Translations under genes and position numbers: made by a program
In this document: positions 1 through 12,715 of the stretch, one piece after another
Layout: each line of letters opens with the position of its first letter
How positions within the stretch are numbered: position 1 is the first letter of the stretch
Origin: Malacoraja senta
Taxonomy: Eukaryota
Reading direction: 5' to 3'
Length of the DNA stretch: 64,000 bases
Assembly: GCA_038087875.1 (NCBI GenBank)
Contig: CM075996.1
Coordinates: forward strand, 312,001-376,000
Notes under the pieces: generated by a model
What the model was told of the DNA's origin: nothing
What the model saw: the letters and a program-made list of their open reading frames with translations, nothing else
The model's database searches: none

Positions 1-451
1 GAAGGTTCCCGACCTGAAACGTCACCTATTCCTTTTCTCCGGAGATGCTGCCTGACCCGCTGAGTTACTACAGCACTTTGTGTCCACCTTCAAGTCTTTA
101 CTCAGTACCCTGACTGATGAAGGCCAATGGACCAAAAGTCTTCTTCACCACCACCCTATCTACCTTTAAGGGCGGCACGGTGGCACAGCGGTAGAGTTGC
201 TGCCTCACGGCGCCAGGGACCCAGGTTTGATCCTGGCTACGGGTGCTGTCTGCATGGAGTTTGTACGTTCTCCCCGTGGCCGTGTGGGTTTTCTCCGGGT
301 GCTCCGGTTTCCTCCCACACTCCAAAGGCGTACAGGTTTGCAGGTTGTGTAGGAAGGAACTGCAGATGCTGGTTTAAATCGAAGGTAGACACAAAATGCT
401 GGAGTAACTCAGCGGGTGAGGCAACATCTCTGGAGAGAAGGAATTGCCGAT

Positions 452-740
452 GTTTCGGGTCGAGACCCTTCTTTAGACTCCGTTTCAGGTCGAGACCCTT
501 CTTCAGACTCCGTTTCGGGTCGAGACCCTTCTTCAGACAGTTTCGGGTCGAGACCCTTCTTCAGACTCCGTTTCGGGTCGAGACCCTTCTTCAGACTCCG
601 TTTCGGGTCGAGACCCTTCTTCAGACAGTTTCGGGTCGACCCTTCTTCAGACAGTTTCGGGTCGAGACCCTTCTTCAGACTCCGTTTCGGGTCGAGACCC
701 TTCTTCAGACTCCGTTTCGGGTCGAGACCCATCTTCAAAC
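452..740 (-). repeat. Tandem array, 10 x ~26-30 bp, of the hammerhead-core segment
   Basis: Plus-strand unit gtttcgggtcgagacccttcttcagac(tcc/a). Minus reads GTCTGAAGAAGGGTCTCGACCCGAAAC. Confidence 0.92.
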
Positions 741-748
741 ACTTCAGT

Positions 749-776
749 CTGAAGAAGGGTCTCGACCCGAAACGTC
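749..776 (+). ncRNA. Minimal type I hammerhead ribozyme core (PLE-associated)
   Basis: CUGAAGA(749-755) A GGGU-CUCG-ACCC GAAA CG UC: palindromic ACGU helix III and GUC triplet. Stem I is only about 2 bp. Confidence 0.65.
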
Positions 777-1031
777 GCCCATTCCTTCTCTCCAGAGATG
801 CCACCTCACCCGCTGAGTTACTCCAGCATTTGGTGTCTACCCAGGGTTGTAGGTTAATTGGGTTGGTATAAGTGTAAATTGTCCCCAGTGTGTGTAGGAT
901 GGCGTTGGTTTGCGGGGATCGCTGGTGGTCGGCACGGACTCGGAGGGGCCGAAGGGCCTGTATCTCTACAACATGAGCTACGAGGCGGTGCTGACGGAAG
1001 GTGAATGAGTGCAGGTTGAGTGGGGACTCAC

Positions 1032-1155
1032 TGTGCTACCCTGGCTGATTTCCGGCCTCTCCAACGCCACTGTGATGCAGTTGAGGAAAATGAAGGCTAA
1101 GACAATGTAATCGAAGAGCTTGTGTGCGATGATCATTTGACACATCAGACGGAAT
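1032..1155 (-). CDS. CACNA1I: T-type Ca channel exon: domain III S1
   Basis: cccAG|A+[47 protein letters not shown]; 124 nt, phase 2/0. The gene continues beyond position 1. Confidence 0.97.
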
Positions 1156-1579
1156 CTGGGTGGGAGAGAGAAAGATGCAGAATCTGAGCTGTCACCGACT
1201 ATTGTCGACACTTATTGCGGCTCAACGTCATGAGAGGCTTTTTGTTTATTTTAGAAATCCAGCGTGGAAACGTGAACTTGGTCCCACCCGAGTCCACGTC
1301 GACCGTGGATCACCTGCTCGCGCTGGGTCCATGTTGTCCCACTCCCTCATCCACCCTGTAGATTAGCGGCAGTTTTACAGAAGCCAATTAAGTCTACAAA
1401 TCCTCGGGCAACTAGGGAAGCCATGCAAACTCCACACAGAGAGCAGCCGAGGTCAGGGTTGTGCTCGGGTCTCCAGCACTGTGAGGCAGCTGTGACACTG
1501 CGCCTCCCTTTGACCACTACTCTCCCTGGAGCGCTCAATGCAAGGCGAGGACAACCCCCAGGCAAGGAGCAGAGTAGGA

Positions 1580-1882
1580 GCGGCACGGTGGCGCGGCGGT
1601 GGAGTTGCTGCCTTACAGCGCCCGAGACGGGAGTTCCAATCCTGACTACGGCTGCGTCTGCACGGAGTTTGTACGTTCTCCCCGTGAACTGCGAGGGTTT
1701 TCTCTGGGTGCTCCGGTTTCCTCCCACCCTCCAAAGACGTGCAGGTTTGTAGGTTGATTGGCTTGGAATAAATGTAAATTGTTCCTAGTGTGCGCGTCGG
1801 ATAGTGTTAATGTGCGTGGTGTGTTCATGATCGGCGCGGGCTCGGTGGGCCAAGGGGCCTGTGTCCGAACTGTATCTCTAAG
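1580..1882 (+). mobile_element. tRNA-derived V-SINE (HE1-like)
   Basis: Full head-core-tail organisation. Confidence 0.86.
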
Positions 1883-3592
1883 CTAACGCGTGCGTGCGTG
1901 AGAGCGTGCGTGCGTGCGTGAGAGTGTGTGGGCGTGTGTGTGTGAGAGACGGGGCGACATTGCGGGAGCTTTCATTTGCGTGCTATCTGGTCAAAGAAAA
2001 GAGTATACATGAGCAAAAATAAGCTGCCCACAGTACACAGATAAAGGATTAAGGCTACAACATTTAGTGCAAGATAAAGTCCGATAAAGTCCACTTAAAG
2101 ATAGTTCCAATCTCTTCAATAAAGTAGATGGGAGGGTCAGGACCGCTGTATAGTTGGTGAGAGGACGGTTCAGTTGCCTGATAACAGCTGGGAAGAAACT
2201 GTCCCTAAATATGGAGGTTCTGAGGAAGGGTCTCGACCCGAAACGTCACCTATTCCTTCGCTCCATAAATGCTGCCTCACCCGCTGAGTTTCTCCAGCAT
2301 TTTTATCTACCCTCAATATGGAGGGGTGTGTTTTCAAACTTCTGCACCTCTGGCCCGATGGGAGAGGGGAGAAGAGGGTGGGACCGGGGTGAGACTGGTC
2401 ATTGATTGTGCTGGTGGCCTTGCCGAGGCAGCGTGAGGTGTAGATGGAGTCAATGGAAGGGAGGATGGTTGGTGTGGTGGTCTGGGCTGCGTCCACAACT
2501 CCCTGCAATTCCAGCACTGTCAGCTCTTTGGGAGGGAGAATCCCAGATTCCCATTCCCCCTTGTATGAAGAAACGCTCCCTGCATCGTCCGTGACCATCA
2601 GGGTCCTGTTTTGTTTTGTTTTGTCCCCTTGTTCTGGACTCCCCCTCCTCCCTCAAAAGAGATGTAAAAATAGATTTACCTCCCCTCTCAGCTCTTTTAA
2701 TGATGGTTGTTGGGACAAACTAGCCCTTCATTGACAGTAAGATCTTGATGCAAAGTGAGAAAACAGTTTGATTTAGTTTAATTTTCCTGTTGGCGGCGTG
2801 ACTCATGTTGCAGCAGCCCCTGCAGCCTGTCTGTCTTTTTTGTTTTGTTTTGGCCAGTTAAATATAGTTGTTGTGTTCTTTTATACTGTTTTTGGCTGTG
2901 TATATGTGGGGGGCGGGGGGGACTTTTAAAATCTCTTCCCTGCACGGGAGACCCGACCTTTTTCCTGTCGGGTCTCCGTTGTCGTTGGGGCGTAGTACCG
3001 TGGAGTGGACTACTTACCATCGTGGGATTGGCCGGCCTCGGAGCGTGGGGAGCGGTGGTGGCTCGCTGCTGCGGCCCGACTCCGGGGCTCGGAGGCTCCG
3101 GCCGCAGGCCCGGTGGACAGGAACATCGGGAGCTTGCGGGTCCCTGGTGGGAGACCGCTTTTCGGAGCTCCCGCAACGCAACTGCTCCCGCCCGTGTCGC
3201 GGGGCTGGAACGACCCAGAGCGGGGCCTTACATCGCCCCGCGCGGCTTTAACGGTCACGGGACATCCAACGCCCGCCGGGGGCTCCCCGTTGAGACATTA
3301 AGACCTGGAGCGGGGCCGTACATCGCCCGGCGCGACCTTAATGGCCGTGGGACTTACCATCGCCCGCCTGGGGCTTCAACATCGGGAGAAAAATGAAACA
3401 CAGGGGAGAGAAAAGACTTTGCCTTCCATCACAGTGAGGAGGAGATTCACTGTGATGGATGTTTGTGTGAATTGAATTGTTTGTGTGTCTTGTAGGAATT
3501 ATTTTGTTTGTATGGCTGTAGAAACAGAGTTTCGTTTGAGCCTCACTGAGGTTCAAATGACAATGAATAAATATTGTATTGTATTGTATTGT

Positions 3593-3906
3593 AGTTTAGT
3601 TTAGAGATACAGCGCGGAAACAGGCCCTTCGGCCCACCGGGTCCGCGCCGACCAGCGATACCAGCACACTAACACTATCCTACACCCACTAGGAACAATT
3701 GTCACATTTACTCCAAGCCAATTAACCTACAAACCTGCACGTCTTTGGAGTGTGGGAGGAAACCGAAGATCTCGGAGAAAACCCACAGGTCACGGGGAGA
3801 AAATACAAACTCCGTACAGGCAGCACCCGTAGTCGGGATCGATCGGGTATCCGCGCTGCATTTGCAGTAAGGCCGTAACTCTACCGCTGCGCCACCGTGA
3901 CCGCCC
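3593..3906 (-). mobile_element. tRNA-derived V-SINE (HE1-like)
   Basis: A box TGGCGCAGCGG, B-box-like GxTCGATCC, V-type core ggtttcctcccacactccaaagac, CR1-like tail gggccgaagggcctgtttcc...(taaac)n. Dozens of copies occur in the window. Confidence 0.88.
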
Positions 3907-4172
3907 AATGTTCTACAGGTTGTGTTGTCACATAAAGGGTGGTGGGTGTATGGAACAAGCTGCCAGAGGAGGTAGTTAAACGTATCCCAACGTTTAAGAA
4001 ACAGTTAGACAGGTACATGGACGGGACAGGTTTGGAGGGATGTGGGCCAAAAGCAGGCGGGTGGGACTAGTGTAGCTGGGGCATGTTGGGCGGTGAGGGA
4101 AAGTCGGGCCGAATGGCCTGTTTCCACGCTGTATCACTCTATGACTCTATGACTCAAGGTCAACATCCTTAC

Positions 4173-4273
4173 CTATTCTGCGGGGAAAACAGATAGACTG
4201 ACCAGTCTGCCCGTGACTCGCACCAGTCTGGCTTGTAAATTTCCATCATCTTCTGAATTCGGTAGCAGAGACT
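4173..4273 (-). CDS. CACNA1I: T-type Ca channel exon: end of II-III linker
   Basis: ttgc[35 protein letters not shown]+AG|GTAAGG; 101 nt, phase 0/2. [16 protein letters not shown] is characteristic of Cav3.3. Confidence 0.96.
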
Positions 4274-4774
4274 CTGCAAGAAAAACACACACACACACAC
4301 GTTAGTTGCCGTGAGCAGCCAGCTTCCATCCCCAGATGATGCCGTCCGCTCCTTGCCTCAGGGAAGAATTGGGGAATTACATAATCACCTCTAGGCCTTA
4401 GGCTTCAGTGATACAGCGCGGAAACACGGCCCTTCGACCCACCGAGTCCGTGCCGACCAGCGATCCCCAGGTACACCAACACTATCCTACACACCAGGCC
4501 TGCGTTTGGTCAGCAGCAGGATGTTAATATGACTGGACTACTAATCCAGAGTTTAGTCTGATGATCAACGGATACAACCTCTGAAACCACGGCGGCAGCC
4601 ATGGAATTTACATTCAGTTAATTGAATATATCAGGAATAAAAATCTTGAATTAGTAAGAATAACATTAAACTTTTGGGTAAAAACCTAATTTGCAGTCGT
4701 TGTAGTAATAGAGATACAGCGCAGAAACAGGCCCTAAGGCCCACCGAGCCCGCGCCGACCAGCGATCACCCCAT

Positions 4775-5300
4775 ACACCTGCTCTACCCTGCACACCAGG
4801 CCTGCGTTTGGCCCATATCCCTCTGAACCTGTCCTATCCACGTCCCTGTCCAAATGGTTCTTAAATGTCGCGATACGACCTACCTCACCAACGTCCTCTG
4901 GCAGCTCGTTCCATACACCCACCACCCACTGTGTGAAAACGTTACCCCTTAAGTTCCTGTTAGATCTTTCCCTCCCCCCCCCACCCCCCCCCCCCCCCTC
5001 ACCTTAAACCTATGTCCTCCGGTTTTCGATTCCCCTACTCTGGGCAATAGACTCTGTGTGTCTACCCGATCTATTCCCCTCATGATTTTGCCCACCTCTA
5101 TAAGATCGCCCCTCATCCTCCTGCGGTCCATAGAATGGAGTCCCAGCCTGCTTAACCTCTCCCTGTAGCTCAGGCCCTCGAGTCCTGGCAACATCCTGGT
5201 AAATCTTCTCTGCAAGCCTTTTCCAGCTTGACAACATCTTTCCTACAACACGGTGCTGTGAACTGAACACAATACTCGAAATACGGCCTCACCATTATAT
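4775..5300 (-). mobile_element. CR1 LINE 3' fragment
   Basis: QRRFTRMLPGLEGLSYRERLSRLGL...RRMRGDLIEV. Confidence 0.9.
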
Positions 5301-8300
5301 ATATATACCGGTACATTCCACGCTGTAACTGTAAAGCCTGAATTACGTAGACTCACATAGACTTTATATGTAAATAAATCAGACAAACAATAACAGTGCA
5401 AATTCCCACAAGTCTATGTAATTCAGAGCTCATTTCTGGTGTTTAATAGCCTGGGAATGAAGCTGCTCCTGAACCTGGACGTTGCCGTTTTCAAGTTCCT
5501 ACATTTTATTCCCGTTGGTCGGAGTGAAATAAGAGCGTGGCCAGGGTGGTGTGGGTCTCTGATGATGCTGGCGGCCATTTTGAGGCAGCGACTCCTGTAG
5601 ATCCCATCGATGGTGGGGAGGTCAGTCCCCCTGATGGACCGGGCAGTGTTCAAATATTGAAAGTGCAACCCAAGTAGTCCTGTCGCACTGCCCTTTCCCT
5701 TATTTCACTACAATTCTCTTCTCCTTCCAGTATTTATCTTTCTGGGAGTCCTTGTAGAATCTGGTTTGGCGTCTTATCATTCAATGTGTTCAAAATTCAA
5801 GCTACCCTAAAGGTGTTTTCATTTTGTGTCTTGTTCTTCTTCAAACAAACTTAAGTCGATGCTGTGTGGTTATCTCAGCGGGTGCGGCAGCATCTATGGA
5901 GCATAGAGCAGCTCCATAGATGCTGCCGCACCCGCTGAGTTTCTCCAGCATTTTTGTCTACCTTCGATTTTCCAGCATCTGCAGTTCGTTCTTGAACACT
6001 GTGTGGTTATCTAATCAATAGACAATAGACAATAGGTGCAGGAGTAGGCCATTTGGCCCTTCGAGCCAGCAGCGCCATTCAATGTGATTGATCATGGCTG
6101 ATCATCCCCAATCAGTACCCCGTTCCTGCCTTCTCCCCATATCCCCTGACTCCGCTATCTTTAAGAGCCCTATCTAGCTCTCTCTTGAAAGTATCCAGAG
6201 AACCGGCCTCCACCGCCCTCTGAGGCAGAGATTTCCACAGACTCACAACTCTCTGTGAGAAAAAGTGTTTCCTCGTCTCCTTAATGTCTTACCCCTTATT
6301 CTTAACCTGTGGCCCCTTGGTTCTGGACTCCCCCAACATCGGGAACATGCTTCCTGCCTCTAGCGTGTCCAAACCCTTAACAATCTTATATGTTTCAATA
6401 AGATCCCCTCTCATCCTTCGAAACTCCAGAGTGTACAAGCCCAGCCGCTTCATTCTCTCAGCATATGACAGTCCCGCCATCCCGGGAATCAGTCTCTTTA
6501 TAAATCATATATGTTCGTAAACACCGCTATTAAATCTCCTTGTGCCTTCTCTGCCCAAAGGGGTATTTTCAAGCAACTACGTAGCTGGACAGCGATGGAG
6601 GGAGTGATTGAAAGACACAGCATGGAAACGGGCCCTTCGGAGTCCGCGCCGACCATCGATCACCCTTTTACACCGGTTCCATGTTACCCAACTTAAGCAG
6701 CCACTCCCTACGGGCAATTTACAGAGGGCCAATTAACCTACAAACCCTCAAGTCCTTGGGGTGCGGGAGGAAACCGGGGCACCCGGAGGAAACCCACGTG
6801 GTCTCAAGGAGAACGTGCAAGCTTCCCGCTGACAGCACCGAGGTCAGGATCCAACCCGGGTCTCTGGCGCTGTGAGGAAGCAGCTCTACCCGCTGTGCCA
6901 CTGTGCCACCGGAGGACTCTTAGAGCCACCAGGATTGAGTAGATTAACCCACGATGAGCGTTTGTCGGCACGGGGCCTGTACTCGCTGGAGTTTAGAAGA
7001 ATGACGGGGGGAACATACAGAATAGTGAAAGGCTTTGATAGAGTGGATGCGGAGAGGATGTTTCCACTGGTGGGAGAGTCTAGGACTAGAGGTCACAACC
7101 TCAGAATTAAAGGACGTTCTTTTAAGAAGGAGATGAGGAGAAATTTCTTTGGTGGTGAATCTGCAGAATTCTTTGCCACAGAAGGCTGCGGAGGCCAAGT
7201 CAGTGGATATTTTTAAGGCAGAGATAGATAGATTCTTGATTAGTACGGGTGTCAGAAGTTATGGGGAGAAGGCAGGAGAATGGGGTTAGGAGGGAGAGAT
7301 AGATCAGCCATGAATGAATGGTAGAGTAGACTTGATGGGCCGAATGGCCTAATTCTAATCCTATTCCTTATGACCTTAGTTCTTGCCAGGAGCCCACTGG
7401 TCTTACCAATCCATCTTAGTTTAGTTTAGCTTAGGTTACAGATACAGCGTGGAAACTGGCCCTTCAGAACAAATCAGAGCCGGCACCGATGACCGAGGAA
7501 AGGTGGAGCCCACAATGGTCCTTTGTTGGCGGTGGTAGAGGTGATGACGAAGGGATATATGAGTGCGAACCGTGGCCTCCTTGGCCATTGGTGCCGGCTC
7601 TGACGTGCCCTGTACCTTTTCATACCTCTACTTTCCCTCTCCCCTGACTCTCAGTCTGAATCAGGGTCAACCAGTTCCTTTATCATCTGGGCCTTGAGTC
7701 CCTTGGGGCTGCAGCCGATCTGGAGAATCTTCTCTGTGTAACGTCGTGGAACAAGTTAACGAGATTTTGACCCAGCACCATAGGGCTGTGTTAGCAAGGA
7801 TCGAGACACAAAGCCCTCGGCAATCTTGCATCGAGACATAATCACAGGGTTTAAAGTGCTTTTAAAAAATTTAAATTGAAATAAAATCTCTCGAAGAAAT
7901 TGCCATATGTCTTCATTTTCTCTTTCAATGGAAATATACCGTAATCCATCCATTTACTTTGCTTTTCCGAATGTGCTGTGATTTCTAAATGTGTTTCATG
8001 TTCTTCCATGGCTTTAACCCTTGTAGACTCTTCCGCCCCTCCTGTATCTCCAAGGTACTCAGCGGGCCGGGCAGCATCTCTGGAGAAAAGGAATAGGTGA
8101 TGTTCCGGGTCAAGACCTTGAGTCTGAAGAAGGGTCTCGACCCGAAACGTGTTCCCGATCTTGGGGGAGTCCAGAACCAGGGGCCACACAGTTTAAGAAT
8201 AAGGGGTAAACCATTTAGAACGGAGACGAGGAACCACTTTTTCACACAGAGAGTTGTGAGTCTGTGGAATTCTCTGCCTGGTTCTCAGGCTGGTACTCTG

Positions 8301-9411
8301 GATACTTTCAAGAGAGAGCTAGATAGGGCTCTTAAAGATAGCGGAGTCAGGGGATATGGGGAGAAGGCAGGAACGGGGTACTGATTGGGGATGATCAGCC
8401 ATTATCACATTGAATGGCGGTGCTGGAAGGGCTGAACGGCCTACTCCTGCACCTATTGGCCATTGTCTATTGTCACCTCTTCCTTTTCTCCAGGGATGCT
8501 GCCTGACCAGCTGAGCATTCCAGCATGTTGTGTCTACCTTTGGTGTAAACCAGCATCTGCAGCTCCTTGCTACGCGTTAAAAAGCCCCATCTGATAAGCT
8601 GCTCTGCAGGGCTGCAATCTCTGGAGGTCTGTATAAAAACGAACCACTGACTTGTTCATATCAATTTGGAAGTAGGACTATTTACCACCGAGACAGGTGC
8701 TTATTAGATGGATCTATATCCCTTGAAACTCATCATCCTTCATTAACATTAAATTTAGAAATTCATACAGCTGGCTTAAGCAAAATGTACCCAAGGTATT
8801 TTTAGATCACCTCCCAATAGATATATTTATTTTTGAGCATCTGTTACAAAGGTTAGGTATTTAACGTGTCACCTGAGACTTTGTCAGCAGAGAGACAACA
8901 GCACAGAATAGCTCTTTATGTTTGTTTAGAGATACAGCACGGAAACAGGCCCTTCGGCCCACCGAGTCCGCGCCGACCGGCCATCACCCCGTGCACTAGC
9001 ACTATCCTACACTCTGGGGACAATTCACCTTTTTTTTTACCGAAGCCAAATTAACCTGCAAACCTGTACGCTTTTGTAGTGTTTATAGAAGTCGTTCAGT
9101 TTAGTGAAGCAGCATGGAAACAGGCCCTTCAGCCCACCGAGTCCATGCTGGCTATCCTGTTCACACCAGTCCTATGTTATCCCAGATTGTCTGAAGAAGG
9201 GTCTCGGCCTGAAACGTCACCCATTCATTCTCTCCAGAGATGCTGCCTGTCCCGCTGAGTTACTCCAGCATTTTGTATCTACTGTATCTTCAAAGAACTG
9301 TAGATGCTGGTTAATTAGAGGACACAAAGTTCCATGTTCTGTACAAAATGTCTGTAGTTTGGTTAACTTGAGTATAAAAAATGTGCGGTAACGTTGGTGA
9401 GTCCACAGTTA

Positions 9412-9669
9412 AGGGCCTGTCCCACTTCCACGACTTAATTCTTTCATCCCGACCATTTTTTTACTCGTGGACATTTTTTATCGGGCTGCAAAAAACGTCC
9501 CGACTTACCTGATGCCCCGAGTACCTACGGCTGGCATAACGAGCCGCTACGATATATCTACGGACTCCAACGGCCTCCTACGGACTCGTTACGAACATTC
9601 TGCGAGTTTGAATCAAGGGGAAAACTCGGGAGAATTCGTGAATTACCTCGTGAAAGTGGGACAGGCCCT
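9412..9669. mobile_element. PIF/Harbinger-type MITE
   Basis: TIR AGGGCCTGTCCCACT...AGTGGGACAGGCCCT; TTA TSD on both sides. Confidence 0.85.
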
Positions 9670-10474
9670 TTAGAGAATTTGTGTTCAGTCTTGCGCACCA
9701 TGTTATAGGAACGATGTTGTCAAGTTGGAAAGGGTGCAGAGAAGATTTACGAGGATGTTGCCGGGACTCGAGGGTCTGAGCTACTGGGAGAGGTTGAGCA
9801 AGCTAGGACTCTATTCCTTGGAGCGCAGGTGGATGAGGGGTGATCTTATAGAGGTGTACAAAATCATGAGGTGTACTGCCGTACTTGGACAAAAGGAAGC
9901 AACTGAGAGAAAGGCGTTTTCTTGTAAATGAGGAAAACCCGTTTTTCTTTCAGCGCTCTGTGATGGAATTTCTTACTTCTCTGGTATAAATATTTTCAAA
10001 TTGTACTCAGAGAAGGACTTATTTTGTTCACCATTGTGGAGAGCATATCTCAAATGCCCTAAAACAAGCAATAACTCCATTTTTGACAACATTGTCAGTT
10101 GCTTCCTTTTGTCAAAGTAGGGCAGGGTAGATCCAAGTAGATGCACAGAGTCTCTTGCCCAGAGTTGGGGAATCGAGGACCAGAGGACGTAGGTTTAAAA
10201 TGAGGAGGGAAAGATTTAATAGGAACCCGAAGTGGGTAACTTTTTACATAAAGGGTGGTGGGTGTCTGGAATGAGCTGCCAAAGGAGGTAGTTGAGGCAG
10301 GAACTATTGCAACGTTTACGAAACAATTAGAAAGGATATGGGGCCAAATGCAGGGGAAGTGGGATTAGTATAGATGGGCAAGTTGGTCGGTGTGGGCAAG
10401 TTGGGCCAAAGGGTCTGTTTCCACACTGTATGACTCTATCTTGCCAGGTGGAGAAATCTGACAGATCACCTGCA

Positions 10475-10735
10475 GATAGACGCAAAATGCTGGAGCAACT
10501 CAGCGGGACAGGCAGCATCTCAGGAGAGAAGGAATGGGTGATGTTTCGGGTCGAGACCCAGTCTGAAGAAGGGTCGAGACCCAGTCTGAAGAAGGGTCGA
10601 GACCCAGTCTGAAGAAGGGTCGAGACCCAAAACGTCACCCATTCCTTCTCTCCAGAGATGCTGCCTGACCCGCTGAGTTACTCCAGCATTTTGTGTCCAT
10701 CTTCAGTTTAAACCAGCATCTGCGGTTCCTTCTTG
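10475..10735. mobile_element. Palindromic Penelope pLTR with three tandem core copies at the centre
   Basis: Inverted arms with (agtctgaagaagggtcgagaccc)x3 at about 10560-10628. Confidence 0.8.
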
Positions 10736-11014
10736 CACAGATGACCTGTAATACCAGTTGCTCCTGCAGGGTGCGCTGTGATAGCAGTTTTCAACAGTGC
10801 CACTGAGTCCATGCCTGCAGCTCAAGAGTCGCATAAAGGACACGGCAGGATACCAGAGAACTAAACAGGCACTTAACAAAGCTTTCATTCCAGGTTTATT
10901 TCACTAGATTTTCTCAGTCGCTGTGGTGAGATTTGAACACGTCTCCACAACGCTCACTGGGGTGGGGGGGGGGGCGTGGAATACTCGTCCAATTAAACAC
11001 ACGGAACGCCCCCA

Positions 11015-11165
11015 CTCTGCTGTCTGTTTGCTCCTGGCCCTGGTCAAGATGGCCGTTCGCGGGTCCAGGCAGCGGGTAGTCGATGGTCACACCAGAGCCG
11101 TCTGCCTGCCCCTCTACCGGGCCCGCGTCCGAGCCCGCGTATCCCTGGAGAGGGAACACGCGGCG
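11015..11165 (+). mobile_element. Tx1/L1-like ORF2 C-terminal fragment
   Basis: LLLALVKMAVRGSRQRVVDG...CLPLYRARVRARVSLEREHA resembles Tx1 C-termini. Confidence 0.55.
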
Positions 11166-11675
11166 TTCATGAGATTGATCCCTGGGATGGCGGGATGAGG
11201 AAAGATTGTCATATGAGGAAAGATTGTCATATGAGGAAAGATTGAAAAGACTAGGCTTGTATTCACTGGAGTTTAGAAGGATGAGGGGGGATCTAATGAA
11301 ACATATAAAATTATAAACTGGACTGGACAAGCTGGATGCAGGAAAAATGTTCCCAATGTTGGGCGAGTCCAGAACCAGGGGCCACAGTCTTAGAATAAAG
11401 GGGAGGTCATTTATAACTGTGAGAAAAAACTTTTTCACCCAGAGAGTTGTGAGTTTGTGGAATTCCCTGCAACAGAGGGCAGTGGAGGCCAAATCACTGG
11501 ATGGATTTAAGAGAGAGTTAGATAGAGCTCTAGAGGCTAGTGGAATCAAGGGATATGGGGAGAAGGCAGGCACGGGTTATTGATTGGGGACGATCAACCA
11601 TGATCACAATGAATGGCGGTGCTGGCTCGAAGGGCCGAATGGCCTCCTCCTGCACCTATTTTCTATGTTTCTATG
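11165..11675 (+). mobile_element. CR1 LINE 3' fragment
   Basis: ESRTRGHSLRIKG...VVSLWNSL...; tail gggccgaatggcctcctcctgcacctattttctatgtttctatg. Confidence 0.92.
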
Positions 11676-12394
11676 ACTCTGGATGCCTTCTGTGAACGCT
11701 GGTCGCCGCGGGATGTCGAGTGTATTGTTGATAAAGTTGGCTATATTTTAATTTGATAACTGTTTGTTTGTAAACTGCCAATATAGACAATCTTTGACCT
11801 ACTACGACTAAACCTACCAGTAAAAAAAAGTATTGATTTTTTCCTTGGCGACCTTTTTTAACTCGCGGGCATTTTTTAACATATTGAAAAAAACGCAGCG
11901 ACCTAGCTGAGGCCTCGAGTACGCGGAGACCACTCTCGAGCATGAAGGAGAGTTACGAAGACCTCCTACGACCTCGTGTCGACCATGCTGCGAGTATGAG
12001 TCAAGGGCAAACTCGCCAGAACTCGCGGATTAGGTCGCCCAAATGCGACAGGCTCTTAATACTCGGTTTTCATCCAAAATGTTGACATTTTCTTGCCCTC
12101 CACAGATGCTGGTTGACCCGCTGAGTTACTCCAGCATATTGTATGTCTTACACACTGACAATGACCCAGCCAAACTTCCGAAAATAACCTTTTAAAGTTT
12201 TTATCTCAAAGTGAACTCTGACCTATTGCACTGTAACTTTTTTCTGAAGAGGATTACAGTTAAATAGATTAGAGTTGGCTTCCTTCATTCTTCATGAACT
12301 AGAGGGCATATTTGAGTTTAGTTTAGAGATACAGCGTGGAAACAGGCCCTTCGGTCCACCAAGGCCGTGCCGACCAGCGATCCCCGCACACTAA

Positions 12395-12715
12395 AAGCCC
12401 TGTCCCACTGTACGAGTTCATTCAAGAGCTCTCCCCCGTATTTAAAATAAAAAATCAAACTCGTGGTAAGCACGTAGAATGTACGTAGCGGGTACGTCAG
12501 AGCTCGGGGACGTCTCTTAGCGGCTCGTAACGCTAACGCAGGTACTCGGGAAACGCGGTAATCTCGGGAAGACTCGTGAAGTATTTTCAACATGTTGAAA
12601 AATGTCCACGAGAGCCCCGAGTACCGACGAGCGGCCATTACCGTAAATCTCCGAGTTCGAACCAGGGCAAACTCGGGAGATCTCTTGAATGACCTCGTAC
12701 AGTGGAACAGGGCTT
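12395..12715. mobile_element. PIF/Harbinger-type MITE inserted in a SINE
   Basis: TIR AAGCCCTGTCCCACTGTAC...GTACAGTGGAACAGGGCTT; TAA TSD. Confidence 0.82.

Larger units (their letters stand above)
349..841. mobile_element. Palindromic Penelope pLTR insertion with internal tandem array, inside a SINE
   Basis: Inverted arms (gtagacacaaaatgctggagtaactcagcggg... versus ...cccgctgagttactccagcatttggtgtctac) flank about 10 copies of a 26-30 bp unit. Confidence 0.85.

Noticed and set aside
171..240. tRNA gene-like A/B boxes (here and in many other copies)
   Set aside because: They are heads of V-SINEs that continue into the SINE core and tail; there is no complete cloverleaf.
452..740. CRISPR-like array of ~30-bp palindromic repeats
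   Set aside because: No unique spacers, eukaryotic context and no cas genes; the units are tandem copies of a PLE segment.
127..871. Long overlapping ORFs (229, 151 and 131 aa)
   Set aside because: They are read-through of SINE and tandem PLE repeats, giving periodic peptides.
7474..7603. 26-bp inverted repeat resembling a pre-miRNA or MITE
   Set aside because: The 78-nt spacer is too long, and the arms run into a PLE 3' region, consistent with PLE inversion.
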